From Stellaceae bacterium (GTDB lineage Bacteria; Pseudomonadota; Alphaproteobacteria; ATCC43930; CGMCC-115725): 48,438 nt of DNA. A program made the position numbers and the translations under genes. Positions 27,403-37,967 of the stretch are shown piece after piece (position 1 is the stretch's first letter; each line of letters begins with the position of its first letter). The stretch lies in assembly GCA_050730055.1 (NCBI GenBank), contig JBOHMF010000001.1, forward strand, positions 1 through 48,438. Reading direction: 5' to 3'. The notes beneath the pieces were generated by a model. That model saw only the letters and a list, made by a program, of their open reading frames with translations. It did not search any database and had not been told where the DNA came from.

Positions 27403-27563
27403 CCGGGCTCTCCGATCGGATGTGATGCGGCGACTATAGTCGGTTTCGCGCGCCCTATCCGAACGTTTTCAGGGGGCTTGCATCCTGGCCGGCGGGCGTT
27501 TGCCCTGATGATCCGCAGGCGGGCTCGGGTGTCGCTATCGCCAGCAGCCGAGGCGCCGGGTCG

Positions 27564-28622
27564 TCAGGCGAAGGCGCGCAGCCGCCGCGTCGTCTCGTCG
27601 GCAAGCCGCTCGACCAGCTCGGCCGCCTTTGTCGCTCGCGCGAGCGCTGCCGATTGCCCGGATGTCAGCGCTGCCCATGCGCGCTCTCCCGTGTCGCCGA
27701 GCCTGCGGGTGAGGCTTTGTTGCGCCGGGACCGGAAGCGGCTTCAACCCGGATGCGACAAGATCGTCGATCAGTTTGTTGCGGATATAGCGGCACGGCCG
27801 GCCGCTGATCACATCGGTGACGACGGTGCAGGCATCGTCCGCCGCAGCGAGGGCGGCGCGATGCGCCTCGCGCACATCGGCTTCCTCGCAACGCAGAAAG
27901 GCGGTGCCGATCTGCACGGCACTGGCGCCGAGCATAAACGCCGCCGCCGCGGTGCGGCCGTCAGCCACCCCACCGGCGGCGATGACCGGAACCCGCACCG
28001 CGTCGACAACCTGCGGCAACAGCGCGAACAGTCCGGGCTGCATGCCCATGGCGACATCGGTAAAGGTGGCGCGGTGACCCCCGGCCTCGGTGCCCTGCGC
28101 GATGATCGCATCGACACCCCGTTGCTCGAGCAATCGCGCCTCCGCGACCGTCGTCGCGCTCGACAGGATGAAGATCCCCGCCGATTTCAGAGCACGGATG
28201 ACCTCGGGTTCCGGCAAACCGAAATGAAAGCTTGCCATCTCCGGCTTTGTTTCCAGCAGCAGCGCGATGTGCTCGGGGCCAACGTCGCTGATTTCGCCCG
28301 CCGGTTCGGGCACTGGCCCCAAACCATGAGCGTCGTACTGCCCCTGGAGATGGTGCCGCATCGCCGCGCTGGTCTCAGGCGCACAGTGCGGATCGGGCCA
28401 GATCGGATAGTTGACGTTGAGACTGCCGCCGCTTTGCTGGCGAAACCCGGCGATGCGGCGCGCGGCCTGGTCGGCGCTGCGGCCCCACATGCCGAGACCG
28501 CCAAGGCCGCCCGCATTGGTCACCGCCGCCGCGAGGGCCGGTGTGCTCGCGCTGCCCATCGGGGCCTGAAGGATCGGCCATTTGAGCTTCAGTCTCTCGG
28601 TCAGGGCATTTGTCGGCCACAT
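27564..28622 (-). CDS. nitronate monooxygenase (NMO / 2-nitropropane dioxygenase family)
   Basis: ILQAPMGSASTPALAAAVTNAGGLGGLG, ..IIAQGTEAGGH.., ..VIAAGGVADGR... AAGGAGGA SD. Confidence 0.85.
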   Translation of the reverse strand: MWPTNALTERLKLKWPILQAPMGSASTPALAAAVTNAGGLGGLGMWGRSADQAARRIAGFRQQSGGSLNVNYPIWPDPHCAPETSAAMRHHLQGQYDAHGLGPVPEPAGEISDVGPEHIALLLETKPEMASFHFGLPEPEVIRALKSAGIFILSSATTVAEARLLEQRGVDAIIAQGTEAGGHRATFTDVAMGMQPGLFALLPQVVDAVRVPVIAAGGVADGRTAAAAFMLGASAVQIGTAFLRCEEADVREAHRAALAAADDACTVVTDVISGRPCRYIRNKLIDDLVASGLKPLPVPAQQSLTRRLGDTGERAWAALTSGQSAALARATKAAELVERLADETTRRLRAFA

Positions 28623-28792
28623 GCACGTATCCTCCTTGGTCCCTCGTCCAGGTTCGTTTCGGGTCTCCGGCGCGTCGCCCGGGCGGCGCTTTGCCGCAAT
28701 GCCGCGCCCTTGCGGTGCAGATGCGGCCGCAAGCTGACCCCGCTACCGACAGCCGGGACGGAACATGCCCTGGGAAACCACTGCGGTCGGCC

Positions 28793-29188
28793 CTAAAAGC
28801 CGCTGGTTTCTCTCGCCGCATGGTAATAGAGGTTCGGTTTGCGGTATACCGCAAACAGCACGGCGCCATCGGGCGACTTGTTGTCATGCAGCGACCCCGG
28901 CTTGCGCCAGATGTAATCTCCGGCCCGGGCAATCCCGTCGTGATCCTCGATGCTGCCTTCAAGGACAAGCGTCTGCTCGATCTCGGGGTGTTTGTGAAAA
29001 GGGATGTAGGCGCCGGGTTCGAGCTTCAAGAGGCACGTCATCTCGCCGCGCTCGGGATCTTCGTAAAGCACCTTGATCGAGACTTTTTCAAAGCGGGTCG
29101 GCTTCCACGCCATCTCGGAAGGTTTGACATATGTCGAGCCGCCAATGGTGGGTATCAGTCCGCGCGGGCTGTCGAGGACGACGCTCAT
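28793..29188 (-). CDS. cupin-domain protein (ChrR-cupin-like)
   Basis: Start MSVVLDSPRG (ATG 29188, AAGGAG 5 nt upstream). GAYIPFHKHPEIEQTLVLEGS..D..G....GDYIWRKPGSLH cupin motifs. Confidence 0.65.
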   Translation of the reverse strand: MSVVLDSPRGLIPTIGGSTYVKPSEMAWKPTRFEKVSIKVLYEDPERGEMTCLLKLEPGAYIPFHKHPEIEQTLVLEGSIEDHDGIARAGDYIWRKPGSLHDNKSPDGAVLFAVYRKPNLYYHAARETSGF

Positions 29189-29404
29189 GGTTGCTCCTTG
29201 GTCCGGCTGCGCAGCCGGCATCGTAGCCATTCACGGGTCATTAACAAAGCGGAGGAGCCATGCGATCAGCCCCGAGCCGCAGCGCGCCGCCGTCCGGGTT
29301 CCACGTCCTCGACTGTGACAGGACGCTCAGCCCGAGGATGCGTGTCCGTCGCTTACCCCAAGGGCAGGGAGCTGGCGCGCATCATATCAAGCCTTTGACA
29401 AAAT

Positions 29405-29480
<76 letters not shown>

Positions 29481-29549
29481 GCCGCGGCAGGGGGCCGTCT
29501 ATAGCAAACCGCCCGCCCGCTGTCGAGGCTGCGGCGAATCTCAAACCTG

Positions 29550-32348
29550 TCACACGCGGCCGTGGCAGTGCTTGAATTTCCGGCCCGAGCCGCACGGGCA
29601 GGGCGCGTTGCGCGGGGTGCCGGCCCAGGGCGGGCGGGCGGCGAGCCGCTGTCCGTCGCCGCCGTTGCCGCCGCGGCGGGACCGCGGCGGGCGCCCCGCG
29701 GCGGTTCCGCTCCCCGGCTCGCCGACCGGGCCAAGTCCGGCGGGGGAAGGTCCGCCGCGGCCAAAAGGCCCGCCCGGCATTGGGAAGGCGCGCCCGTCGG
29801 TGCCGGTGGCGCGCGCCGGCTCGAAGAGCGCTTCCTCGGGTTCGGCAAAAGCCTCGGCAAACCCCGCCTCGGGCATCTGCAATTCGACATGCGCCAGAAC
29901 CGAGGTCACATTCTGCCGCAGATTGACCAGCATCGCTTCGAACAGCTCAAAGGCTTCGCGCTTGTATTCATTCAAGGGATCGAGCTGGGCATAGGCGCGC
30001 AGATTGATCCCCTGCCGCAGATGGTCGAGCGAAAGAAGATGGTCCTTCCAGGTCTGGTCGAGCAACTGCAGGAGGAGGCCCTTCTCGGCCATGCGCATCA
30101 ATTCGGGTCCGTAGTTGGCGGCCTTTTCCGCCATCCTGCGATCGGCGGCGGCGGCGATGCGCTGGCTGATCTCATCGCCCGTGATCCCTTCCTCGCCGGC
30201 CCATTCGGCGATCGGCAGATCGAGCGCAAAGAGGCGCGCGCATTCGGCGTGCAAACCGGCCGTGTCCCATTGCTCGGGCAGCGTGTTTTCCGGGATCGCG
30301 CGCCCCACCGCCTCCTCGACCGTCTCGGCGCGCATGTCGGCGATCGTCTCCGAGACATCCTCGGCGCTCATGATCTCGCAGCGTTGCTCGTAGATGACCT
30401 TGCGCTGGTCGTTCATCACGTCGTCGTATTTGAGCAGCTGCTTTCTGATGTCGTAGTTGCGCTCTTCGACCTTCCCCTGCGCCTTGGCCAGGGCCTTGTT
30501 GACCCAGGGGTGGATGATCGCCTCGCCCTCCTTGAGGCCGAGGCGCGTTAACATCGAATCCATCTTCTCGGAGCCGAAGATCCGCATCAGATCGTCTTCG
30601 AGCGAGACAAAGAATTTTGAGGCGCCGGGATCGCCCTGGCGGCCGGAGCGGCCGCGCAACTGATTATCGATGCGTCGGGCCTCGTGCCGCTCGCTGCCGA
30701 CGACGACGAGGCCGCCGGCGGCCACCACCTCGTTGTGCGCGGCGCGGATTTCCTCGCGGATCGCGGCGGTCCTCTGCGCCTGTTCCTCCGCGTCGGCAAT
30801 CGCCGCCAGTTCGGTCTTGAGGCGCATGTCGAGATTGCCGCCCAGTTGGATGTCGGTGCCGCGCCCGGCCATGTTGGTGGCGATCGTCACCGCCCCGGGC
30901 TGACCGGCCTGGGCGATGATGTAGGCTTCCTGTTCGTGATAGCGCGCGTTCAGGACGTTGTGCGGGAGCTTGTGCTTTTTGAACAGCGCCGCCAGTTCCT
31001 CGGATTTCTCGATCGAGGCGGTGCCAACCAGCACCGGCTGGTGGCGCTGTTGGCACTCGCTGACATGGGCAAGGACGGCGTCGTACTTCTCGCGCGTCGT
31101 GCGATAGACCTCGTCGTCGGTATCGAGGCGGCGCACCGGCTCGTTGGTCGGGATCTCGATGACTTCGAGCTTGTAGATGTCGCCGAACTCCTCCGCCTCG
31201 GTCATCGCCGTGCCGGTCATGCCGGCGAGTTTTGGGTACATCCGGAAGTAGTTCTGAAACGTGATCGAGGCCAGCGTCTGATTCTCGTTCTGCACCGTCA
31301 CGCTCTCCTTGGCTTCGAGCGCCTGGTGCAGCCCCTCGGAATAACGCCGCCCCTCCATCATGCGGCCGGTGAACTCGTCGATGATGATGATCTTGTCGTC
31401 CTTGACGATGTAATCGGTGTCGCGGGCGAATAGCTTGTGTGCGCGCAGCGCCTGGTTGACGTGGTGGACCAGCGACACGTTCTGAAAGTCGTAAAGCCCG
31501 CCCGTGGTCAACAGGCCCGCCTGCTGCAGCGCCTCTTCCATCCTCTCGACGCCGCTCTCGATGAGCGCGACGGTGCGCTGCTTCTCGTCCTTTTCGTAAT
31601 CCTCTCCTGCCAGGAGCGGGATCAGCTTGTCGACACGGATGTAAAGTTCGGAACTGTCCTCCGCCGGGCCGGAGATGATCAGCGGCGTGCGCGCCTCGTC
31701 GATCAGGATCGAATCAACCTCGTCCACGATCGCATAGCGAAACGGGCGATGCACCATCTCATCGAGCCGGAATTTCATGTTGTCGCGCAGATAGTCAAAG
31801 CCCAACTCGTTGTTGGTGCCGTAGGTTATATCGGCGGCGTAGGCACGCTGGCGTTCGAGATCATCGAGATCGTGGACGATAACGCCGACTTCGAGACCGA
31901 GAAAACGGTAGATCTGGCCCATCCACTCGGCATCGCGCTGAGCCAGATAGTCGTTGACGGTGACGATGTGCACGCCCTTGCCGGCGAGCGCGTTGAGATA
32001 AGCCGGCAGGGTCGAGACCAGGGTCTTGCCTTCGCCGGTCTTCATCTCGGCGATCATGCCGCGATGCAGGACGACCCCGCCCATCAACTGCACGTCAAAA
32101 TGGCGCTGGCCGAGGGTGCGCTTGGCCGCCTCGCGCACCGTGGCGAACGCTTCGATCAGCAGATCGTCGAGTTCGACCCCCTCGGCGATCTGCTCCCTGA
32201 AGCGCAAGGTGCGCTGGCGCAATTCGTCGTCCGAGAGCGCTTCGAGCTGCGGTTCGAGTTCGTTGACGGCAGCGACGATCGGCCCGAGGCTTTTGACATA
32301 GCGATCATTGGCGGAGCCGAACAGCCGCCGGGCTAGGGCGGTGAACAT
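29550..32348 (-). CDS. secA: preprotein translocase ATPase SecA
   Basis: 932 aa. [19 protein letters not shown].., DEAD-like motor motifs ([38 protein letters not shown]) and C-terminal zinc motif [14 protein letters not shown]. Confidence 0.95.
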   Translation of the reverse strand: MFTALARRLFGSANDRYVKSLGPIVAAVNELEPQLEALSDDELRQRTLRFREQIAEGVELDDLLIEAFATVREAAKRTLGQRHFDVQLMGGVVLHRGMIAEMKTGEGKTLVSTLPAYLNALAGKGVHIVTVNDYLAQRDAEWMGQIYRFLGLEVGVIVHDLDDLERQRAYAADITYGTNNELGFDYLRDNMKFRLDEMVHRPFRYAIVDEVDSILIDEARTPLIISGPAEDSSELYIRVDKLIPLLAGEDYEKDEKQRTVALIESGVERMEEALQQAGLLTTGGLYDFQNVSLVHHVNQALRAHKLFARDTDYIVKDDKIIIIDEFTGRMMEGRRYSEGLHQALEAKESVTVQNENQTLASITFQNYFRMYPKLAGMTGTAMTEAEEFGDIYKLEVIEIPTNEPVRRLDTDDEVYRTTREKYDAVLAHVSECQQRHQPVLVGTASIEKSEELAALFKKHKLPHNVLNARYHEQEAYIIAQAGQPGAVTIATNMAGRGTDIQLGGNLDMRLKTELAAIADAEEQAQRTAAIREEIRAAHNEVVAAGGLVVVGSERHEARRIDNQLRGRSGRQGDPGASKFFVSLEDDLMRIFGSEKMDSMLTRLGLKEGEAIIHPWVNKALAKAQGKVEERNYDIRKQLLKYDDVMNDQRKVIYEQRCEIMSAEDVSETIADMRAETVEEAVGRAIPENTLPEQWDTAGLHAECARLFALDLPIAEWAGEEGITGDEISQRIAAAADRRMAEKAANYGPELMRMAEKGLLLQLLDQTWKDHLLSLDHLRQGINLRAYAQLDPLNEYKREAFELFEAMLVNLRQNVTSVLAHVELQMPEAGFAEAFAEPEEALFEPARATGTDGRAFPMPGGPFGRGGPSPAGLGPVGEPGSGTAAGRPPRSRRGGNGGDGQRLAARPPWAGTPRNAPCPCGSGRKFKHCHGRV

Positions 32349-32734
32349 GAGACCCTCGGGTCAGGGAAAAGGACGGCAAAATCTGCGCGCACGACGCCTG
32401 CTGACATAGGCCGCGCGTGCCGGGGTGTCAATTCGGCTGTGTCGCGGGCGGCGGCGGGTTTGCTTTCCCGTGGCCGGCTTTCGTCTTTCCGGGGCAAACG
32501 TTTTCGGCTATACGCCTGTTCCATGAGTGGCGATGTCCGCGGCGTGTTGAACCGGTGCCGGCGTCCTCTTTTGGTCGCTGCGGGCGCACGCGCGGCGGAC
32601 CGACGACGACGATAGGGCAGGTTCCCGCCGGCCGATCCCGGCCGCCGCCGACCCCCTTGGCGGCCTGTTATCTTCAGAGGCACGACAAGGCCCGCGGCCG
32701 CGGCGCGGGGTTCGAATTTTGAGAAAGGTGCGCC

Positions 32735-33964
32735 ATGCCCGACATTTCGCCTCTCGCACCGGCCCGCTTTCCCGATCTCCCGCCGATCTCCGGCGTGCGC
32801 CTTGCCGCCCATGCCGGCGGCATCCGCTACGAGGGGCGCGACGATCTGATGCTGGCCGAGCTCGCTCCCGGCAGCGCCGTCGCCGGCGTTCTGACGCGCT
32901 CGCTGACGGCCGGCGCGCCGGTGCTGTGGTGCCGCGAGGGTCTCAAGGGCGGCACGGGCCGCGCGATCCTTGTCAATTCCGGCAATGCCAATGTCTTTAC
33001 CGGACGCGCCGGCCATGAGGCGGTCGCGGCGACGGCGGGACGCGCCGCCGAACTTCTCGGATGCGCACCACGCGAGGTGTTTGTCTCCTCGACCGGGGTC
33101 ATCGGCGAAAGACTGCCGGTGGACAGATTTGTCGCCGCCCTGCCGCAGCTTGTCGCGGGGCTGGCGCCTGACGGGTGGGCGCGGGCGGCGCGGGCGATCA
33201 TGACCACCGACACCTTTCCCAAGGGTGCGACGGCAGCGGCGCAGATCAACGGAGTTGCGGTGCGCCTCAACGGCTTTGCCAAGGGTTCCGGGATGATCGC
33301 CCCGGACATGGCGACGATGCTCGCCTATGTCTTCACCGATGCGGCCCTGCCGGCAAGGGTGTTGCAGCCTCTGGTGACGGCGGCGGCGGAGCGCTCGTTC
33401 AATGCGATCACCGTCGATGGCGACACCTCGACCAGCGACACCGTGCTCTTGTGTGCGACGGGGCGGGCGGCGCACCCGCCGGTTGCCGATCCCGGCGACC
33501 CGCGCCTTGACGGTTTCCGCCAGGCCCTCGATTCCGTCATGATCGATCTCGCCCAGCAGATCGTGCGCGACGGCGAGGGCGCGCAGAAATTTGTCACGAT
33601 CGCGGTCGCGGGCGCCGAATCGGACCGGGCGGCGCGCCGGGTCGGATTGGCCATCGGAAATTCTCCCCTGGTCAAAACCGCGATCGCGGCCGGCGACGCC
33701 AATTGGGGCCGCATCGTCATGGCGGTCGGCAAGGCCGGCGAGAAGGCCGATCGCGACCGCCTCAAAGTCGCGGTCGGCGGCGTCACGATCGCCGCCGAGG
33801 GCGGCCCGGTCCCCGGTTACGACGAGGCCCCGGTCGCCGCGCACATGGCGGGCCGCGAGATCAGCCTCGCGGTCGATCTCGGGATCGGTCAGGGCCGGGC
33901 CACGGTATGGACCTGCGACCTGACCCACGGCTATGTCGATATCAATGGCAGCTACCGCAGTTGA
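32735..33964 (+). CDS. argJ: bifunctional ornithine acetyltransferase / N-acetylglutamate synthase
   Basis: 409 aa. ..NSGNANVFTG.. , autoprocessing region ..GMIAPDMATMLAYVFTDA.. , ..CDLTHGYVDINGSYRS* C-terminus typical of ArgJ. Confidence 0.9.
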   Translation: MPDISPLAPARFPDLPPISGVRLAAHAGGIRYEGRDDLMLAELAPGSAVAGVLTRSLTAGAPVLWCREGLKGGTGRAILVNSGNANVFTGRAGHEAVAATAGRAAELLGCAPREVFVSSTGVIGERLPVDRFVAALPQLVAGLAPDGWARAARAIMTTDTFPKGATAAAQINGVAVRLNGFAKGSGMIAPDMATMLAYVFTDAALPARVLQPLVTAAAERSFNAITVDGDTSTSDTVLLCATGRAAHPPVADPGDPRLDGFRQALDSVMIDLAQQIVRDGEGAQKFVTIAVAGAESDRAARRVGLAIGNSPLVKTAIAAGDANWGRIVMAVGKAGEKADRDRLKVAVGGVTIAAEGGPVPGYDEAPVAAHMAGREISLAVDLGIGQGRATVWTCDLTHGYVDINGSYRS

Positions 33965-34406
33965 CAACGAATGCCCGCGGCCGCCGGGCGCGGCCAGCGG
34001 GGCGGGCGGTCCCTTGGTGCTGGTCGCGGCGGTGGCGCTCGTCGATACCGACGGCCGCGTCCTCCTGGCGCAGCGCCCGGAGGGCAAAGCGATGGCTGGG
34101 TTGTGGGAGTTTCCCGGCGGCAAGCTGAACCCGGGCGAGACGCCGGAGCAGGCGCTCTGCCGCGAGCTGGCCGAGGAACTCGGCATCGACGTGCATCAGA
34201 GCTGTCTCGCGCCCTTTGCCTTTGCCTCGCACGCCTACGCCGATTTCCACCTGCTGATGCCGCTTTACGTCTGCCGCAAATGGCAGGGGTTTGTCGCTGC
34301 GCGCGAAGGTCAGCGCCTCTCATGGGTGCGCCCCGAGCGGCTCGCTGAATACCGGATGCCGCCCGCCGACACTCCGCTCGTCGCGCTGCTGCGCGGGCTG
34401 CTGTGA
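33933..34406 (+). CDS. mutT: NUDIX hydrolase, MutT-like (8-oxo-dGTP diphosphatase-like)
   Basis: Nudix box GLWEFPGGKLNPGETPEQALCRELAEELGI. Overlaps the argJ 3' end. The start is uncertain (ATG 33933 or 33945). Confidence 0.75.
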   Translation: MSISMAATAVDNECPRPPGAASGAGGPLVLVAAVALVDTDGRVLLAQRPEGKAMAGLWEFPGGKLNPGETPEQALCRELAEELGIDVHQSCLAPFAFASHAYADFHLLMPLYVCRKWQGFVAAREGQRLSWVRPERLAEYRMPPADTPLVALLRGLL

Positions 34407-34437
34407 GAGCAGTTCGGCCGACCGCAGCCGCCGCGGA

Positions 34438-35409
34438 TTACGCCGCAAAAATCTCGCCCAGCCGGCGGATCGACGCCAGTGCCCGCTCCTGCGGCAGCCC
34501 GGGCCACTGGACCCGCATGATGAAATGATCGACGCCGAGAAGCTCGCGGTAGCGCGCGATCTCCTCCTTGACCGAAGCCTTGTCGCCGATGATGAAGCGG
34601 TCGCGCGCAAAATCCGCAAACGAGGCCGCGGGACGGTCCTCCATCCCCCAGGCGGCGTAGGCGTTGTACTTGTATTCGAGCGGCTCCCGGCACTCCTCGT
34701 GCGCCGTCGCGTGGCGGGCGCCGACATGGCATTCCACCGTGATCGGGAATTCGATCGGCGTCCGGCCATACTCCTTCAGAGCAGCGCGATAGGTCTGCAT
34801 CAGCGGCACGATCTTGCCGAGACCGGTATTCATGATCAGCCAGGCGTCACCAATCCGCGCCGCGCGCCGGACCGAGACATCGGCCTGCCCGGCGATATAG
34901 AGCGGCGGCCCGCCCGCGTGCGCCGGCTTGGCGCTGAGCCCGGCGCCCTCGACCGTGTAGAAGCGGCCCTTGTGGCTGACCGGCTCCCCGCTCCACAACC
35001 GGCGCATCAGGGCGATGCTTTCGCTGAACCGCGCCGCCCGCTCGGCGAGAGGAATGCCAAAGGCGTCAAACTCCGGCCGCCGGTAGCCGAGGCCGACGCC
35101 GAGGATGTACCGGCCGCCGGTCAGGAGGTCGAGGGTGGCGGCTTCCTCGGCCACGTGCACGGGGTTGAGCGGCGGCAGGATCAGGATGTTCGGCCCGATC
35201 GTCATGCCCTCGGTGTGGGCCGCGACATAACCCATGAGCGGCGCGATCTGCAGCATCTGCATCGGGTGGGTCAGCCAGTGATGCGGGAACCAGAGCGACG
35301 AAAAACCGGCCTCGCGCGCGGCGCGCACCTGCGCGATCATCTCGGGAATGCGTTCCGCCAGAGTGAAGCCCTCGGGGAACTGGGTATTGACAAACAGACC
35401 GACTTTCAT
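34438..35409 (-). CDS. LLM-class flavin-dependent oxidoreductase
   Basis: 323 aa. MKVGLFVNTQFPEG... SLWFPHHW ... LGVGLGYR..EF..FG luciferase-like pattern. Confidence 0.8.
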   Translation of the reverse strand: MKVGLFVNTQFPEGFTLAERIPEMIAQVRAAREAGFSSLWFPHHWLTHPMQMLQIAPLMGYVAAHTEGMTIGPNILILPPLNPVHVAEEAATLDLLTGGRYILGVGLGYRRPEFDAFGIPLAERAARFSESIALMRRLWSGEPVSHKGRFYTVEGAGLSAKPAHAGGPPLYIAGQADVSVRRAARIGDAWLIMNTGLGKIVPLMQTYRAALKEYGRTPIEFPITVECHVGARHATAHEECREPLEYKYNAYAAWGMEDRPAASFADFARDRFIIGDKASVKEEIARYRELLGVDHFIMRVQWPGLPQERALASIRRLGEIFAA

Positions 35410-35561
35410 GGCGGATTCCTTTCCCCTTGCCGCGCATCCTTTATCGCGGGCTGACAGCGCGGCCGGCGCTCGTAAGATCCCGCTCGAACCACGCCAGGAA
35501 AGCCCATGCCCGTCAAGCTTTGCCGGATCGGCCTCGCGCCTTGCTGCCGCGGCGAGCGGCC

Positions 35562-36992
35562 ATGACCGGTTTCGCCTTCATCCCGGCCGCCGAGTTGGCG
35601 GTGATGATCCGCAACCGGGAGGTGTCGCCGGTCGAGGTCATCGCGGCCACGCTCGCGCGCATCGAGGAGAGTCAACCCGTCCTCAATGCCTTTATCACCG
35701 TCGCGGCCGATGCGGCGATGAACGCCGCCCGCGAGGCGGAGCGGGCGGTGATGCAGAACGCCCCGCTCGGACCGCTGCACGGCGTCCCGCTCGCGGTCAA
35801 GGACCTGGTGCCGACGGCGGGTCTGCGCACCACCTGGGGGTCGCTCATTTTCAAGGACTACGTCCCGGACGAGGACGCGGTCGCGGTGGCGCGCCTGAAG
35901 CGCGCGGGAGCGATCATCGTCGGCAAGACCACGACCCCGGAATTCGGTCAGCAATGCCTGACCGAGGCGCCGCTCTTTGGCCGCACGCGCAACGCCTGGC
36001 GCGCCGATCGCAGTTCCGGCGGGTCGAGCGGCGGCTCGGCCGTCGCCGTCGCCGCCGGTCTTGTGCCGCTCGCGGTGGCGACGGACGGCGGCGGCTCGAC
36101 GCGCATCCCGGCCGCCTGCAACGGCATCATCGGCTTCAAGCAGGGGCTTGGCGTCGTGCCGCAGGAAGCGGCGCAGGACGGGTTTGGCAACATCTCCTAC
36201 ACCACCCCGATGACCCGCACGGTGCTGGATACGGCGCTGATGCTGGACGCGATGGCCGGACCCGACAGCCGCGACCCGCTGACGGTCGCGCGCGGCAAGT
36301 CCGATTTTCCTGCGGCTGCCGGCAGCGAAGGATCGCTGAAGGGGCTGCGCATCGGCTGGCGGCCGCGTCTCGGCAACCCCCTTGTCGCCCGCGAGGTACT
36401 GGCCGCCTGCGACAGCGCGCTGGAGGCGCTCGCCGGCCTCGGGGGGGACGTTGACGAACTGACCGCGCCGTTTGAGAACCCGGAGCGGGTCTGGTTTGCC
36501 GTCAACGGCGCCTACCGGAGGGCGCAGTTCGGTCATCATCTGGCGCAGCATCGCGCCATCATGTGCCCGACCTTTGTGCGCCAGATGGACCGGATCGCCG
36601 GCTGTTCCGCCGCCGAATTGTACGACGCCATCTTTCAGCGCACCCGTCTCTACCGACAGGTCCAATCCTGGTTCGAGCAATGCGACATCGTCGCGACGCC
36701 GACCCTGTCGCGCCCCGCGGTGCCGATCGATCAGGACTTCTTTGGCCCGATCGAGATCGACAACAAACTGGTCCCGAACATCCGTGCCGCCTGGTACCCC
36801 TATACGATGCCGTTCAACCTGACCGGCAATCCGGCGGTCAGCCTGCCCGCAGGCTTTGACAGCGCCGGTCTGCCGCTCGCCATCCAGCTTGTCGCCCCGG
36901 CCGGCGCCGACGCTGCCCTCATGCGCGTCGCCGCCGCCTTTGAGCGCGCCTGCCCGTGGGCGCAGCGGCGGCCGCTGGACGTGTCGGAATAG
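35562..36992 (+). CDS. amidase (amidase-signature family)
   Basis: Start MTGFAFIPAAELA (ATG 35562). AS motif GGSSGGSAVAVAAG, with upstream GVPLAVKDL. Confidence 0.85.
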   Translation: MTGFAFIPAAELAVMIRNREVSPVEVIAATLARIEESQPVLNAFITVAADAAMNAAREAERAVMQNAPLGPLHGVPLAVKDLVPTAGLRTTWGSLIFKDYVPDEDAVAVARLKRAGAIIVGKTTTPEFGQQCLTEAPLFGRTRNAWRADRSSGGSSGGSAVAVAAGLVPLAVATDGGGSTRIPAACNGIIGFKQGLGVVPQEAAQDGFGNISYTTPMTRTVLDTALMLDAMAGPDSRDPLTVARGKSDFPAAAGSEGSLKGLRIGWRPRLGNPLVAREVLAACDSALEALAGLGGDVDELTAPFENPERVWFAVNGAYRRAQFGHHLAQHRAIMCPTFVRQMDRIAGCSAAELYDAIFQRTRLYRQVQSWFEQCDIVATPTLSRPAVPIDQDFFGPIEIDNKLVPNIRAAWYPYTMPFNLTGNPAVSLPAGFDSAGLPLAIQLVAPAGADAALMRVAAAFERACPWAQRRPLDVSE

Positions 36993-37051
36993 CCCGCCGT
37001 CCGTTCCAGGCGGCGAGGACATGGTCTTCAAAAAGACCGGGAGGAAAGGCG

Positions 37052-37876
37052 ATGCAAGGCAAGGACAGAACGGCGATCGTGACCGGGGCGGCGGGCGGCA
37101 TCGGGCGGAAACTGGTGCGCGGTCTTCTCGACGCCGGCCTCCGGGTGGCCGCCATCGATCGCGAGCGCGAGATGCTCGCAGCAAGCGCAAGCGAATGGGG
37201 CGGCGGCGCCGCTCTGATGACGCTCGCGGCCGATCTCGCGCGGGATGAAGCGGTCGATGAGATTGTCGGCGCCGCGCGGAGCCGCTTTGGGTCGATCGAC
37301 ATTCTTGTCAACAATGCCGGGATCGGCCCCGGTGCGATCCGCCCCGACAGCTGGCAGAACCCGCTCAAATTCTGGGAGATTTCCTCGCCCGAGTGGCGCC
37401 GCTTTGTCGCGGTGCACACGACCGCCCCGCTGGCGCTGGCCCGCGCTCTCGCACCCGAGATGATGCGCCGCGGCTGGGGGCGTATCGTCAATGTCACGAC
37501 CAGCCTCGGCACGATGCTGAACGCCGGGATGCCGACCTACGGCCCGTCAAAGGCCGCGCTTGAGGCGATGAGCGCGATCTGGGCCAAGGACCTTGCCGGA
37601 AGCGGCGTCACCGTCAATGTGCTGGTGCCGGGCGGGATGACCAATACGTCGATGATTTCCGAGACGGCCGGTTTTGCGCGCGATCGGATGATCCAGCCGG
37701 AGGTCATGGTGCCGCCGCTCCTCTGGCTCGTCTCCGATGCGGCCGGGGCGGTGACCGGCCGGCGCTTTCTGGCCATTCATTGGGACCCGGCCCTGCCGCC
37801 GGCGGAGGCCGCCGGGAAGGCCGGGGCGCCGGTGGCCTGGAGCGACATCGCGACCATGCCGATCACGCCGGGGTGA
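37052..37876 (+). CDS. SDR-family oxidoreductase
   Basis: Start MQGKDRTAIVTGAAGGIGR (TGxxxGxG). NNAG motif (LVNNAGIG). Catalytic YGPSK. Confidence 0.8.
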   Translation: MQGKDRTAIVTGAAGGIGRKLVRGLLDAGLRVAAIDREREMLAASASEWGGGAALMTLAADLARDEAVDEIVGAARSRFGSIDILVNNAGIGPGAIRPDSWQNPLKFWEISSPEWRRFVAVHTTAPLALARALAPEMMRRGWGRIVNVTTSLGTMLNAGMPTYGPSKAALEAMSAIWAKDLAGSGVTVNVLVPGGMTNTSMISETAGFARDRMIQPEVMVPPLLWLVSDAAGAVTGRRFLAIHWDPALPPAEAAGKAGAPVAWSDIATMPITPG

Positions 37877-37967
37877 TCGCGGTCGGCGCTCTGGCTCGGC
37901 GCCGGGGTTGCGCGGGGCGGTGGAAACTGTCCTAATTCCTGTTCCTGTTCCTTCGCCGATCATCCGA

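Noticed and set aside
29550-29800. Gly/Pro/Arg-rich low-complexity stretch near the SecA C-terminus as something unusual, such as a fusion or frameshift.
   Set aside because: It stays in frame and leads into the canonical [14 protein letters not shown] zinc motif. Flexible linkers before the SecA zinc-binding tail are common.
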